From an uncultured Verrucomicrobiae bacterium (GTDB taxonomy: Bacteria > Verrucomicrobiota > Verrucomicrobiia > Limisphaerales > Palsa-1400), in NCBI GenBank assembly GCA_963702845.1, contig OY969763.1, positions 5,440,001 to 5,504,000 on the forward strand: DNA of 64,000 nt, given 5' to 3'. Shown here piece by piece: positions 40,702-51,506 of the stretch. The notes under the pieces were generated by a model. It was not told where the DNA came from. It saw only the letters and a list, made by a program, of their open reading frames with translations, and did no database searches. The translations under genes and the position numbers were made by a program. Position 1 is the stretch's first letter. Each line of letters starts with the position of its first letter.

Positions 40702-41538
40702 ATGTCCACGCCAAAAAGCATTCGTCTCCGAGTCAGTCGATCGAACCCTGTGCAAAATAGGTTCGCCTTTACGTTGATCGAACTACTGGTCGTTATCGCC
40801 ATCATCGCCATTCTCGCCTCGTTGTTGCTACCGGCTTTGGCGCGGGCCAAGGACCAGGCCAAAAAGGTCGGCTGTGTTAATAACTTGAAACAAATGGGGC
40901 TGGGCTCGCAAATGTATGCAGGCGATTTCAAGGGTGACCTGGTCGCGCCAACATGGATCCCAAAATACCTCGCGACATTACCTCCTAACTCCGATCGTCA
41001 CGGATCGGACGACGACCTGAACTGGTTAATGCCGCTGAGTTACGTCAAGAACGTCAAAAGTGGCGTTTGTCCTGCGACACGCAACTTCATTCGAGAGACA
41101 TGGGTAACCTATAAACCAGGGGCAAACGGTAATTTGTTGCCACAGGGCCGTTATTTGGATGACCTGACTGACAATGCCGCTAACACGACCTTGAACCACC
41201 ACAGTTACGAAGTGTTTGGGGATCTGAATATCAACGGCGTAAGCTGGAAGAAAACTGAACGGAATGTTTCCAGCCGCCTGATGAATACTTACCTTCCTTT
41301 GAAAGGCGGGCGCACCGGACCTTCCCAAATCATGATGATTGCCGACTGCGACGACAAAGCGACAGATCCTAATACTTCGCCTCTAAACAAGATAAACAAC
41401 TGGCCCGAGACGGGAAATAACCATGGAGCCCAAGGCACCTGTATGAACTTCTGCGATGGCCATGCAGCATTCATTCCGATTAAAAAGTACCCCGAGACAT
41501 GGGACATCAGCCAGGATTCAAACATCGCCATTCCGTAG
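40702..41538 (+). CDS. Prepilin-type N-terminal cleavage/methylation protein with an H-X9-DG C-terminal motif
   Basis: [41 protein letters not shown]. Confidence 0.9.
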   Translation: MSTPKSIRLRVSRSNPVQNRFAFTLIELLVVIAIIAILASLLLPALARAKDQAKKVGCVNNLKQMGLGSQMYAGDFKGDLVAPTWIPKYLATLPPNSDRHGSDDDLNWLMPLSYVKNVKSGVCPATRNFIRETWVTYKPGANGNLLPQGRYLDDLTDNAANTTLNHHSYEVFGDLNINGVSWKKTERNVSSRLMNTYLPLKGGRTGPSQIMMIADCDDKATDPNTSPLNKINNWPETGNNHGAQGTCMNFCDGHAAFIPIKKYPETWDISQDSNIAIP

Positions 41539-41588
41539 CTTTGTTGAAACTCCAAAATTCACGCACTCCACATCATTATACCTAAATT

Positions 41589-44500
41589 ATGAAACACCCC
41601 TACACTACACGTAACCTCGTGGCGACGATCGCTGCCGTGGCGTTGGCACTCGTGCCTTTGGCGAAAGCCACGCCGCCCGCGCACAACGTTGCTGCCGGTC
41701 TTGTAAACGTACAGATGCTTGATACGGGTACGACGGCGTCTTCGATCATCGTAACGTGCCCGCTTTCGATCAACGATTTTCGATTGCGCACAGGATCGAC
41801 TGTTGGGTCCTCTCGCATCCAGATTGGTTCCAGCTCTACGGACGATGGAACCGCTGGCGTTGTGATGTCTTGCCCGTCAGAAAACAACAAGGATTACTCC
41901 GGAGTCGTATCTGGAGGAGGATTTAGCAACGTTTGCGCAGCGGCTTATGTCGACGGAGCTAACGCGTGGAACATAGCAACCTTTGGCGTAATGGGTCTGG
42001 CTGGCGGTTCGAACCCACGGTTGAACATCAACACCGCTGGAGCCTACTTCCCGTTCAGCACCTGGATTGGCGGGTGGGTCAAAAACTCGGGCGCCACAAA
42101 CGGCGGCACGATGGATACGTACATCGGTAATACCAATATTGTCATTGGGACCAACGACCTCACCAAAGGCGGCTACGTCGACAACGGCGCTGGTATTTCA
42201 ACGATCGACTTGCGCCATCTCGGCATCGACTCGCGCGTGAGCGGTGTTCTCCTTGCTAGTGGCGCAAAAAACGAGACGGCTAATTTCGGTATCACTTCCA
42301 CGAACGTCGACGGCACTTGGAAAATCTTCATCCACGACGATGGCGCGAACACCTCGAACCACGAACAGGATCCAATCGGATGGGTGTTCATCCCCAAAAC
42401 AAACACCTCGATTATTTCCGGACGTTTCGATTCGTCAGCTAATATCGAAATCTTCAGCGGTAATACGCCACAATTTACCGTTACCAGCAACGCCCTTGGC
42501 ACATATGAACTCAAACCCATTGGTGTAGCGGCGACAAACGCCGTGCTGGTCCTGAGCCCTGAAGGTGGTCGCACGACCGCCAGTGGCGTAGCCGGTCACG
42601 ACGGCAATTTGGACAATTACGTCAGTTACCTGATGAACAACGCTAAAGACGGCTGGATCATTCAAACCCACGACTGTCCTCTCGGTGGCGTGGAATCCAT
42701 TCCCCCCGGTCAGGCAATTTGCTCGTTCGCAATTGTTCCAGGTGGCACGCCTGGTTTCACAGTGACCCCGACTAATAACATCTTCACCACTGAAAGCGCC
42801 GGAATCGCGCAATTCCAGGTTTCTCTCGACATACAGCCCACCGCAGACGTGACGATCTCCGTCAGTTCCTCAAATCCCAACGAAGGCACTACCGACGTCA
42901 ATTCATTGACATTTACCTCCGGCAACTGGAATCAGCCCCAAACCGTGACTGTCACTGGCGTGGACGACGGCGTGTCCGATGGAACGGTTTTCTACTCGAT
43001 CAATCTCGGGACTGCCTCCAGCGCTGATTCGGGCTACAACGGTTTACAACCGGCCAGTGTTAGTGTTGGAAACATCGATAACGACCCTGGTATCACCGTC
43101 ACCCCAACGAGCGGCTTGTTCACAACCGAAGCTGGTGGCACCGCTACCTTCAACGTCCATTTGAACACGCAACCGACCGACACAGTGACCATCTCCTTAA
43201 CTTCGAGTAATCCAAACGAAGGCACCGTTTCGCCGGCATCGGTCATCTTCGACCAGAACACCTGGAATCAAGATCAACTCGTCACGATCACTGGAGTAAA
43301 TGACTTCGTCCAGGATGGAGATAAGGCTTACACGATTATCACGGGTGCCGCCCAAACCACCGATCCAGCATATACGGGCAGTAACCCGCCGGACGTCTCC
43401 GTCGTAAACAAAGACAACGACGCTGTAGGCATCATTGTCAGCGCGGCTGGGCCCGACGGTTTAACAATCGTTGAAGGGCGTGGCAGCAACTATACCGTCC
43501 GCCTCAACAGCCAACCGACGCAGAATGTTACGGTCAACGTAGCGTCGAGCGACACAGCTCAGGGCGGCACCGTCTCACCTTCCGCGCTCGTCTTTACTTC
43601 GGGCAACTGGAGCAATGCGCAACCAGTCAACGTCAGCGCGACGGACGATCTCTCGATTGACGGCACGACATCCTGGTTCATTACGAACAGTGTTAGTTCA
43701 TCCGATGCCCTTTACGCAGCGCTCGCTCCTGTTCCTGTCGTAATGCACACCTTGGACAATGAGCCGACGATTACCCTTTCTCCTGTGACCACCGTCTTCG
43801 GCATCGGCAACGGCGCAGTCGGGATCGACGGTCGCGCTACAGTTTCAGACCCGAACACGTCTGTTTACACCGGCACGACTTTGACTGTCACGATCACCAA
43901 CAATGCTGCCGCCGGCGACCAACTGAGCGTGCGGAACGACGGAACAGTCGCAGGTCAAATCGGCGTCTCCGGCAACGCGATAAGTTACGGAGGCGTCACA
44001 ATAGGCACCTTTACCGCTGGCTCTGTGTCGACTCCGCTGGTGGCTACGTTCAATAGCGCCGCGACGACTACAGCAATTGAAGCAGCATTGCGCGCCGTCA
44101 CATTCAACAACCCGGGCGCTTCGCCTTCGGTGGCATTGAGGTCAGTATCCGCCGCGCTGCGTCACGCGGATGGCGGCCAGAGTTCCGCATCGGTCACCAT
44201 TCGTGTTGGCCTGTTGCGCGCCGCAGATTTCCAGGAAGGTGCCGACCACGGTTACGGTCGTTATACTGGTGAAGCCGACATCGAATTGCGTGAGGCCAAT
44301 CCCAACACCGCGTTCCCCGGCGGCAATGCCGGTAATAATATGGTCATTGACTGGCCGGATGCAGGCTCGGCCAACACCTCTGAGGTGTTGATGAGGTTTG
44401 ACAACATCTTCGGCAGCGGCCCCGGTCAGATTCCGTCGGATGCAGTCATTGCCGAAGCGTTGTTGACCTTCCACATTAATAGCGATTCTGGCGACGGCAG

Positions 44501-45647
44501 CCCACTGTATCGCATGCTGATCGATTGGGACCCGACCAACTCAACTTGGAGCAGTTTCGGCGCGGGTATAAACATTGGATCTCAATCGCAACCGACCGCT
44601 GAATCGGTTTGGGGATTGCCTGACGGCAGTGCGACCACTTTCACAAACGATTGTACGATCAGCGTCCTCGCGGACGTGAACGCGTGGTTGCGTGGCGACG
44701 CCAATCACGGTTGGGTCATGCCCGGCTGGAACGGCAACACTGACGGCACCGGCTTCAGCCCAAGCGAAGAAGCGAACATCTCATGGCGTCCTGAACTGCG
44801 TGTGTTATGGCTGCCGGCTGGCGTTTCCTCAAATAGCTTCCGCCAAAACGTCAACGGCTATACCAATGCCGTCGACACACAGATTCGCGGGAACGATCCG
44901 ACAAACGGCACCTTTGGTTTATCCGCAACGATTGGCGTTGACTGGAACGTTGTCACGCCCGGCGATCAATCTCAGGTTCTAATGCGATTCGACAACATCA
45001 TCGGCTCCGGGCCGAACCAGATTCCGCCGGGTTCACAAGTGCATGCGGCCATTCTTGATCTGACCAGCCAAAGCGGTTCGGCGCAGGGTCATGGTGGCAC
45101 ATTCCACACGATGTTGATTCCATGGAACGATACGGATTCCTTCTCCACGTTCGGCAGCGGAATTCTCGCAAACGATGTGCAGGCCAGTTCGGCAGTATCG
45201 CTTGCCGCCGGTGCCGCCGATCTGTCGTTCTTCGTCCAGGGTGGCTACCTGTCGTTTGAACTGACCGCGGACGTCGCTCAATGGGTGAGCGGCGCGAAGC
45301 CAAACTACGGTTGGGTCATCCTGCCGTGGGTCAACGGCAATGACGGTTGGTTCTTCGGCACGGCCGAAAACGCCAATGAAGGCTACCGCCCCCAACTGCG
45401 TGTCTATTACACGCCGGGAACAGTGCAGTCCCAGATCAGGATTACGTCCGCCGGTCGCACGGGCACAACCGCATTCGTGAACTTCACCGGTGCGCCGAAC
45501 ACGACCTACAGCGTCGTTCGTGCAACGACTGTTCACGGAACCTATGGTTCGATCGGCACCGCAACGACCGATGCAAACGGCATCGGCACGTTCAACGACA
45601 ACGGCTCACCAGCCGGCACGGCGTTCTACCAGGTTTCAAATCCGTAA
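41589..45647 (+). CDS. 1352-aa secreted modular protein: unknown N-terminal region, three Calx-beta/Ig-like repeats, a cadherin-like domain, two DNRLRE-like domains and a C-terminal Ig-like tail
   Basis: Signal peptide; repeats QPT..VT...SS....G.....L.F...NW; paired LMRFDNI.GSGP.QIP...RP.LRV domains; ends AFYQVSNP. Confidence 0.8.
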   Translation: MKHPYTTRNLVATIAAVALALVPLAKATPPAHNVAAGLVNVQMLDTGTTASSIIVTCPLSINDFRLRTGSTVGSSRIQIGSSSTDDGTAGVVMSCPSENNKDYSGVVSGGGFSNVCAAAYVDGANAWNIATFGVMGLAGGSNPRLNINTAGAYFPFSTWIGGWVKNSGATNGGTMDTYIGNTNIVIGTNDLTKGGYVDNGAGISTIDLRHLGIDSRVSGVLLASGAKNETANFGITSTNVDGTWKIFIHDDGANTSNHEQDPIGWVFIPKTNTSIISGRFDSSANIEIFSGNTPQFTVTSNALGTYELKPIGVAATNAVLVLSPEGGRTTASGVAGHDGNLDNYVSYLMNNAKDGWIIQTHDCPLGGVESIPPGQAICSFAIVPGGTPGFTVTPTNNIFTTESAGIAQFQVSLDIQPTADVTISVSSSNPNEGTTDVNSLTFTSGNWNQPQTVTVTGVDDGVSDGTVFYSINLGTASSADSGYNGLQPASVSVGNIDNDPGITVTPTSGLFTTEAGGTATFNVHLNTQPTDTVTISLTSSNPNEGTVSPASVIFDQNTWNQDQLVTITGVNDFVQDGDKAYTIITGAAQTTDPAYTGSNPPDVSVVNKDNDAVGIIVSAAGPDGLTIVEGRGSNYTVRLNSQPTQNVTVNVASSDTAQGGTVSPSALVFTSGNWSNAQPVNVSATDDLSIDGTTSWFITNSVSSSDALYAALAPVPVVMHTLDNEPTITLSPVTTVFGIGNGAVGIDGRATVSDPNTSVYTGTTLTVTITNNAAAGDQLSVRNDGTVAGQIGVSGNAISYGGVTIGTFTAGSVSTPLVATFNSAATTTAIEAALRAVTFNNPGASPSVALRSVSAALRHADGGQSSASVTIRVGLLRAADFQEGADHGYGRYTGEADIELREANPNTAFPGGNAGNNMVIDWPDAGSANTSEVLMRFDNIFGSGPGQIPSDAVIAEALLTFHINSDSGDGSPLYRMLIDWDPTNSTWSSFGAGINIGSQSQPTAESVWGLPDGSATTFTNDCTISVLADVNAWLRGDANHGWVMPGWNGNTDGTGFSPSEEANISWRPELRVLWLPAGVSSNSFRQNVNGYTNAVDTQIRGNDPTNGTFGLSATIGVDWNVVTPGDQSQVLMRFDNIIGSGPNQIPPGSQVHAAILDLTSQSGSAQGHGGTFHTMLIPWNDTDSFSTFGSGILANDVQASSAVSLAAGAADLSFFVQGGYLSFELTADVAQWVSGAKPNYGWVILPWVNGNDGWFFGTAENANEGYRPQLRVYYTPGTVQSQIRITSAGRTGTTAFVNFTGAPNTTYSVVRATTVHGTYGSIGTATTDANGIGTFNDNGSPAGTAFYQVSNP

Positions 45648-45667
45648 CACACGCTAACAACAAACAA

Positions 45668-45704
45668 GAAGCAGCCGCCGTTTAAAACGGCGGCTGCTTC
45701 GTTT
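45668..45704 (+). terminator. Rho-independent terminator
   Basis: GAAGCAGCCGCCGTTT-A-AAACGGCGGCTGCTTC perfect hairpin. Confidence 0.85.
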
Positions 45705-45898
45705 CCGCCCAGCGTTGGAGGGCGAACAGCCCAAATCGCGCAAAGCGTCGCACGCTTGGAACCCTACAATTCAATCCCAAGCAAACCTGCCGTGTTTGAC
45801 ACGTGTCAACACCCAGCGTGTTTTCCTTTGACGCATTGTTCTGCGCTACCTAGATTGACAATCTAAATTTCGGCAAATTTATTGAAGTATATTGATTT

Positions 45899-47041
45899 AT
45901 GGAAAGTGCCACCACGCCCATTTCACCAGTGACAAAAGGACTCGATGGAGTTGTTGCCGCTCAAACGCGCCTCAGCGACGTCCGGGGTGAGCAGGGGGAG
46001 CTGATCTATTGCGGATACGACATCAACGAACTCGCGGGCAAGGTCTCCTACGAAGAAGTTGTCCACCTGCTTCATCGCAATCATTTGCCGACGCGCGATG
46101 AACTGGCGGCTTTCAAAGCCATCCTGGCTGGCGACCGCGAATTGCCCAAAGGCATTGTCGATATCCTGAAGACCGTTCCCAAAGATACGCCACCGATGGA
46201 CGCCATTCGCACGGCCGTGTCAGCCTTGGGGTGCTTTGATCCTGAGCGTGACGACAATTCGCAAGACGGCCAGCGCAGGAAAGCAATGCGACTGATCGCA
46301 CAAATCCCGATTATCACCGCCTATTTCCATCGGATTCGCCAGGGCAAAAGCATTTTGCAGCCCGACCCGAGTCTAGGCGAAGCCGCCAATTTTTTGTATT
46401 TGATGGACGGCGTCAAACCCTCGGCTGAAAAAGCCAACACGCTCGATCTGTGCTACGTCCTGCACGCCGATCACGGCATGAACGCTTCGACGTTCAGCGC
46501 GCGTGTGACCATCGCCACGTTGAGCGACATGTATTCCGCCATCACCAGCGCCATCGGCACCTTAAAAGGCCCGCTCCACGGCGGCGCTAACGAAGGTGTT
46601 ATCAAGATGCTGATGGAAATCGGCTCGCTCGATAAGGTCGACGCCTACGTGGAAGATTGTCTTGCCCAAAAGAAAAAGATCATGGGCATCGGCCATCGCG
46701 TTTACAAAACCCTCGATCCTCGTGCGCCGCACCTCAAGAAAATGGCGCAAATTCTCAGCTCAAAACTCGGCGAGCCGAAATGGATTCAGATGAGCGACCG
46801 CATCGCGGAGTTGATGCTCAAGCGCAAAAACTTGCACGCGAACGTCGATTTCTACTCAGCGACCGTTTACTACTCGCTCGACATCCCGACGGATTTGTTC
46901 ACGCCAATTTTTGCCATCGCGCGAACCGCCGGATGGACCGCGCACGTGTTGGAGCAACTCGCGGACAATCGACTCATCAGACCACAAAGCGCCTATACCG
47001 GCGCCGTGGGCTTGAAGGTCGTTCCGCTATCCGAACGTTAA
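45899..47041 (+). CDS. gltA: Citrate synthase (dimeric CitZ/PrpC-like type)
   Basis: HADHGMNASTF, KGPLHGGAN, MGIGHRVYK, NVDFYS. Confidence 0.93.
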   Translation: MESATTPISPVTKGLDGVVAAQTRLSDVRGEQGELIYCGYDINELAGKVSYEEVVHLLHRNHLPTRDELAAFKAILAGDRELPKGIVDILKTVPKDTPPMDAIRTAVSALGCFDPERDDNSQDGQRRKAMRLIAQIPIITAYFHRIRQGKSILQPDPSLGEAANFLYLMDGVKPSAEKANTLDLCYVLHADHGMNASTFSARVTIATLSDMYSAITSAIGTLKGPLHGGANEGVIKMLMEIGSLDKVDAYVEDCLAQKKKIMGIGHRVYKTLDPRAPHLKKMAQILSSKLGEPKWIQMSDRIAELMLKRKNLHANVDFYSATVYYSLDIPTDLFTPIFAIARTAGWTAHVLEQLADNRLIRPQSAYTGAVGLKVVPLSER

Positions 47042-47047
47042 TTCCAG

Positions 47048-47320
47048 TTAGTGGTGACTGCCGCTCAAAATTGCGCTGCCAGCCCCGAAAACAATGATGA
47101 GCAACGCGATTACAACGGCAATAATGGTCAAAATAGTTGCGATCATTCCGCAAATGCGTCCAGCGTTAGTGGTGCTGCGTCCGCTTGGATCCATCAATCC
47201 GGCGTCCATTTGTTTGATGTCCCCATTTCCCATGACCCATGCTGCGATGCCGAGCGGTCCGCAAAGCACAAGACCTAAAATTCCTAAGACCAAAACCAAC
47301 GTGCCACGATGAGGTTTCAT
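47048..47320 (-). CDS. DUF4190-like small membrane protein
   Basis: PHRGTLVLVLGILG...AGRICG; two TM segments. Confidence 0.8.
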   Translation of the reverse strand: MKPHRGTLVLVLGILGLVLCGPLGIAAWVMGNGDIKQMDAGLMDPSGRSTTNAGRICGMIATILTIIAVVIALLIIVFGAGSAILSGSHH

Positions 47321-47392
47321 GTTATCCTTTGTTTAGGTTGACTAACGTTGCGGTCAATTTGAGACTACCTATTCGTAGTGCAAGCTTAAAAA

Positions 47393-48598
47393 ATGAACAT
47401 TCACGAGTATCAAGCAAAGCAGCTTCTCGCCCAATACGGCGTTCCGGTCCCTCTTGGCGAAGTCGCGGACACACCCGAGGCGGCAAAAAAGATCGCTGAA
47501 AAGATTTTTGGCGCGGGCGAAAAGCTCGCCGTTATCAAGTCGCAAATCCACGCTGGTGGCCGCGGTAAGGGAACGTTCAAGAACGGTTTCAAAGGCGGCG
47601 TGAAGCTAGCCAAGAGCGCGGACGAAATCTACGAGTACGCCAAAAACATGCTCGGCCAGGTGCTCGTCACCAAGCAGACCGGCCCTGACGGTCGACTCGT
47701 CAGTAAAGTGCTCATCGCCGGCGCGCCTGAGATTAAAAAAGAATTTTATTGTGCCGCGCTGCTCGACCGCAATACCTCCAGGCCGATCATCATGGTCAGC
47801 ACCGAAGGTGGCGTGGACATCGAAGAGGTCGCCGAGAAACATCCCGAAAAGATCATTAAAGAAACGATCGATCCCGCGGCCGGTTTTTATCCGTACCAGG
47901 GCCGCAAGCTCGCGATTGCCCTCGGTTTGAAAGGCGATTTAATCGCTGCCGGTGCGAAATTTTTCGCGGCACTCTACAAAACATTCTGGGAATGCGACGC
48001 GAGCATGGTTGAAATCAACCCGCTCTGCATCGTCGTCGGTCGCGACGGAAAAGAAAGCCTTTCCGCCGTCGACGCGAAGATCGGCCTCGACGACAACGCG
48101 CTTTATCGCCACGCCAACATCCAGGCGATGCGCGACCTCGCCGAAGAAGCGCCGCTCGAAATTGAAGCGAGCAAATTCAATCTCAATTACATCAAGCTCG
48201 ATGGCAGCATCGCTTGCCTCGTCAACGGCGCTGGTCTGGCCATGGCCACCATGGACATCATCCAGCATTTCGGCGGCGAACCGGCGAACTTCCTCGACGT
48301 CGGCGGTGGCGCGAGCAAGGAACAAGTCACGGCCGCATTCAAAATCATTTTGAGCGACCCGCACGTAAAAGGAATTCTCGTGAACATTTTCGGCGGCATC
48401 ATGCAGTGCGACATCATCGCCGCAGGCATCGTTGCCGCCGTTAAAGAAACGGGTTTGAAATTGCCGCTGGTCGTTCGCCTCGAAGGCAACAATGTCCAGA
48501 TCGGTAAACAGATTCTCAAAGAATCCGGCCTGCCCATCATCAGTGGTGATTCGATGGCCGACGCCGCGCAAAAAGTTGTCAAAGCCGTTAAGGCATAA
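47393..48598 (+). CDS. sucC: Succinyl-CoA synthetase beta subunit
   Basis: [39 protein letters not shown]. Confidence 0.97.
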   Translation: MNIHEYQAKQLLAQYGVPVPLGEVADTPEAAKKIAEKIFGAGEKLAVIKSQIHAGGRGKGTFKNGFKGGVKLAKSADEIYEYAKNMLGQVLVTKQTGPDGRLVSKVLIAGAPEIKKEFYCAALLDRNTSRPIIMVSTEGGVDIEEVAEKHPEKIIKETIDPAAGFYPYQGRKLAIALGLKGDLIAAGAKFFAALYKTFWECDASMVEINPLCIVVGRDGKESLSAVDAKIGLDDNALYRHANIQAMRDLAEEAPLEIEASKFNLNYIKLDGSIACLVNGAGLAMATMDIIQHFGGEPANFLDVGGGASKEQVTAAFKIILSDPHVKGILVNIFGGIMQCDIIAAGIVAAVKETGLKLPLVVRLEGNNVQIGKQILKESGLPIISGDSMADAAQKVVKAVKA

Positions 48599-48606
48599 AG
48601 GGGAAA

Positions 48607-48963
48607 ATGAAAATCACCGAGATCGCTTTCTGCTGCTACGCCGTTACGGACATCGCACGCGCACGCAAATTTTACGAAGGCGTTCTCGGCCTCGAACCCA
48701 CGACCATCTCGGGTGAGCAATGGGTTGAATACGCCTGGGGCTCTTATGCTTTGGCGATTGGTTCATCGCCGCAATGGAAACCAAGTCCCGACGGTTGTTC
48801 TGCCGCACTTGAAGTCGAAGATTTCGACGCTGCCGTAAAACAGCTCCGCGACAGCAACGTAAAATTCCGCATGGAACCCTATGAAGGTCCCGTTTGCAAA
48901 ATGGTCGCCGTCTTTGACCCCGATGGCAACACCATCGTCATTCACAAGCGCAAAGGTTTATAA
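48607..48963 (+). CDS. VOC/glyoxalase-family protein
   Basis: [18 protein letters not shown]...FDPDGN. Confidence 0.9.
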   Translation: MKITEIAFCCYAVTDIARARKFYEGVLGLEPTTISGEQWVEYAWGSYALAIGSSPQWKPSPDGCSAALEVEDFDAAVKQLRDSNVKFRMEPYEGPVCKMVAVFDPDGNTIVIHKRKGL

Positions 48964-48968
48964 TTTCT

Positions 48969-49868
48969 ATGGCCATTCTCGTTAACTCCGACACAAAAAT
49001 TCTCGTCCAAGGCATCACCGGCAGTTTCGGTGCGCGCCACACTCAACTCAGCATTGATTACGGCTCACAAGTCGTCGCCGGCGTCACGCCCGGCAAAGGG
49101 GGCCAGAGCTTTGAGCACAACGGCAAAAAAGTTCCCATCTTCGACAGCGTCGCCGAAGCCGCCAAACAAACCGGCGCAACCGTCTCCGCCATTTTCGTTC
49201 CGCCACCGTTCGCTGCCGATGCCATCATGGAAGCAGCCGATGCCGGGCTCGATCTCGCCGTTGCCATTACCGAAGGCATTCCGGTGAATGACATGGTCCG
49301 AGTGAAGAGCGCCATGCGCGGTAAAAAAACCCGCCTCATCGGCCCGAACTGCCCCGGCGTCGTCACACCTGGGACTGGCAAAGATTCCGCCGGCGGTTGC
49401 CGCATTGGCATCGCGCCCGGATACATTCACAAAAAGGGAAACATCGGCGTCGTCTCCCGCAGCGGCACGTTGACTTACGAAGCCGTCTGGCAACTGACCT
49501 GCCGGGGCGTTGGCCAATCCACCTGCGTCGGCATTGGTGGTGACCCAGTCAACGGCACCTCGCATTTGGACATCATCAAAATGTTCAACGATGACCCTGA
49601 AACAACTGGCATCATCATGATCGGCGAAATCGGCGGTTCCGCTGAAGAAGAAGCTGCTGAATGGATTAAGAAGAATTGCAAAAAGCCGGTCGCTGGTTTT
49701 ATCGCCGGAGCCACCGCACCCCCCGGTCGCCGCATGGGTCACGCCGGCGCCATCATCAGCGGCGGAAAAGGAACTGCGGCTGCCAAAATCGCGGCGTTTA
49801 AAGAAGCGGGTATCGGCATCGCCGCCACTCCGTCCGAAATGGCAGATACGCTGCTTAAAATGATGTAG
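48969..49868 (+). CDS. sucD: Succinyl-CoA synthetase alpha subunit
   Basis: [30 protein letters not shown]. Confidence 0.97.
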   Translation: MAILVNSDTKILVQGITGSFGARHTQLSIDYGSQVVAGVTPGKGGQSFEHNGKKVPIFDSVAEAAKQTGATVSAIFVPPPFAADAIMEAADAGLDLAVAITEGIPVNDMVRVKSAMRGKKTRLIGPNCPGVVTPGTGKDSAGGCRIGIAPGYIHKKGNIGVVSRSGTLTYEAVWQLTCRGVGQSTCVGIGGDPVNGTSHLDIIKMFNDDPETTGIIMIGEIGGSAEEEAAEWIKKNCKKPVAGFIAGATAPPGRRMGHAGAIISGGKGTAAAKIAAFKEAGIGIAATPSEMADTLLKMM

Positions 49869-50994
49869 TCAGGATTCGGCCTTCGACTTTTTTTGCCAAC
49901 GCCGCCAGGTAACGGGCGGCGTTCTTTTTTGCTTTTTCAGTGGTCGTTATTTCCGTTAGCGCTGAGACGCTGGTAAACAATTTCTGTTTTGCTGGGACAT
50001 TTGCGGTTCCTCCAAACGCGATGCACCGCACGTGATGTTTTTTGCACAACGTCGCCAACTGTCCGACGCCTTTGCCCATAAATGTCTGTTGATCGATCGC
50101 ACCTTCACCGGTGATGACCAAATCGGCTGAACGAATGTGCGCTAACAAATTTGAATGCTTCGCAAACAGTTCGAAACCATTCGCCAGCTTCGCATCGGCA
50201 AACGCCATTAAGCCAAAACCAAGTCCACCAGCCGCACCCGCACCAGGGGATTTTGCGAGGTCGCGTCTGAACTGTCGTTTGTAAACTTTGGCCAGCTGTC
50301 CCAATGCGTTTTCGGCTAAAGCAAAATCTTCTTGGTCCAATCCTTTCTGTGGCCCGTAGACTCGTGTACAACCTTTGGGGCCGAGTAATGGATTTTTCAC
50401 GTCGACGGCTACTGTGATTTTCAACGACAACGCCGAAGTCGACTTCTCAATTCGTACCAACATCCCAAGCTGCCACCATTCATCAAGAAGTCTCGTTGGC
50501 GCGCAACTGGGACAATCATCTGATGCCAAAAATTTCCAGCCAAGCGCACGTGCCAATCCGAACCCTGCGTCGTTAGTCGCACTCCCGCCAATTCCAACTA
50601 TGCACTCCTTCGCTCCAGCGCGTGCGACGCTCTGCAAAACGCGCGCGAGGCCTAACGTATCCAACTGAAAGGGATGAAATTTCCGATGTGGCAACATCGC
50701 CAGTCCATTCACCAATGCCGCCTCAACAATCGCCGTGTGCGTTTTCGCATCCCACCACCACGCCGCTTCGATCGGTTGATGAGCGGCATCGACTGTTTCA
50801 ATAATTTGCTTTTTCGCACCAATCGCGCGTCCCATCACCTCACCGAATCCATCACCGCCGTCACTCATTGGCAGCAGCGTTAGTTTGTCGTTCGGTCGAG
50901 CCGTTTTCCATCCCCGCGCAATCGCCTTGGCCGCCTCACTGGCCGAGAGCGTGCCTTTGAACTTATCGGGTGCGATTAATACGCGTTGCGCCAT
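49855..50994 (-). CDS. glxK: Glycerate kinase (GlxK/GarK family)
   Basis: [37 protein letters not shown]. Confidence 0.92.
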   Translation of the reverse strand: MAQRVLIAPDKFKGTLSASEAAKAIARGWKTARPNDKLTLLPMSDGGDGFGEVMGRAIGAKKQIIETVDAAHQPIEAAWWWDAKTHTAIVEAALVNGLAMLPHRKFHPFQLDTLGLARVLQSVARAGAKECIVGIGGSATNDAGFGLARALGWKFLASDDCPSCAPTRLLDEWWQLGMLVRIEKSTSALSLKITVAVDVKNPLLGPKGCTRVYGPQKGLDQEDFALAENALGQLAKVYKRQFRRDLAKSPGAGAAGGLGFGLMAFADAKLANGFELFAKHSNLLAHIRSADLVITGEGAIDQQTFMGKGVGQLATLCKKHHVRCIAFGGTANVPAKQKLFTSVSALTEITTTEKAKKNAARYLAALAKKVEGRILTTSF

Positions 50995-51046
50995 GCGATT
51001 GATTCGAACAAAGCCGCGTCCGTTAGCAAGCGGTTTATCAAACCAA

Positions 51047-51412
51047 TCACAATTTAAGAGCGCGTAAGGCTTCGGGAAAATCTTTGCATGTCACGTTTCG
51101 CACGCTGCGACCGTAATGAAACACCGAAAGAATATTCAGCCCGATGTCCTTGTGCGAGTCGGGTATGATTCGCACGACCAACTCAATTCCAGCTGATTTG
51201 AAAAAATCCATTCTCTTCTCAAGCTCCGGCACGCATTCCTTATCCATCGATTGCAGTTGTTCCAAATCACTGAGCAGTCGGAAGTCCCGACCCAATTCTG
51301 CCACCAACGTTTGCACCTCGACGGCCTGAGCGCGCATCTCCTCGCCAGTGACGTTTCCGACGAACTTTAAATACAGCAGTCGTTGCGCCTTGTTCGCTGT
51401 CGCTAGAATCAT
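51047..51412 (-). CDS. Hypothetical protein, possibly STAS/SpoIIAA-like fold
   Basis: Alternating beta/alpha pattern, FRLLSDLEQL; the fold call is tentative. Confidence 0.6.
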   Translation of the reverse strand: MILATANKAQRLLYLKFVGNVTGEEMRAQAVEVQTLVAELGRDFRLLSDLEQLQSMDKECVPELEKRMDFFKSAGIELVVRIIPDSHKDIGLNILSVFHYGRSVRNVTCKDFPEALRALKL

Positions 51413-51506
51413 GCACCGTCAAAATAGCATAGTCCGGGCCAGTGGCGAGAGCTGTTAGGTTCGGGCTTTATCGGTTTGAGTGGACTGCGTAATCTATCGC
51501 CGCGTT

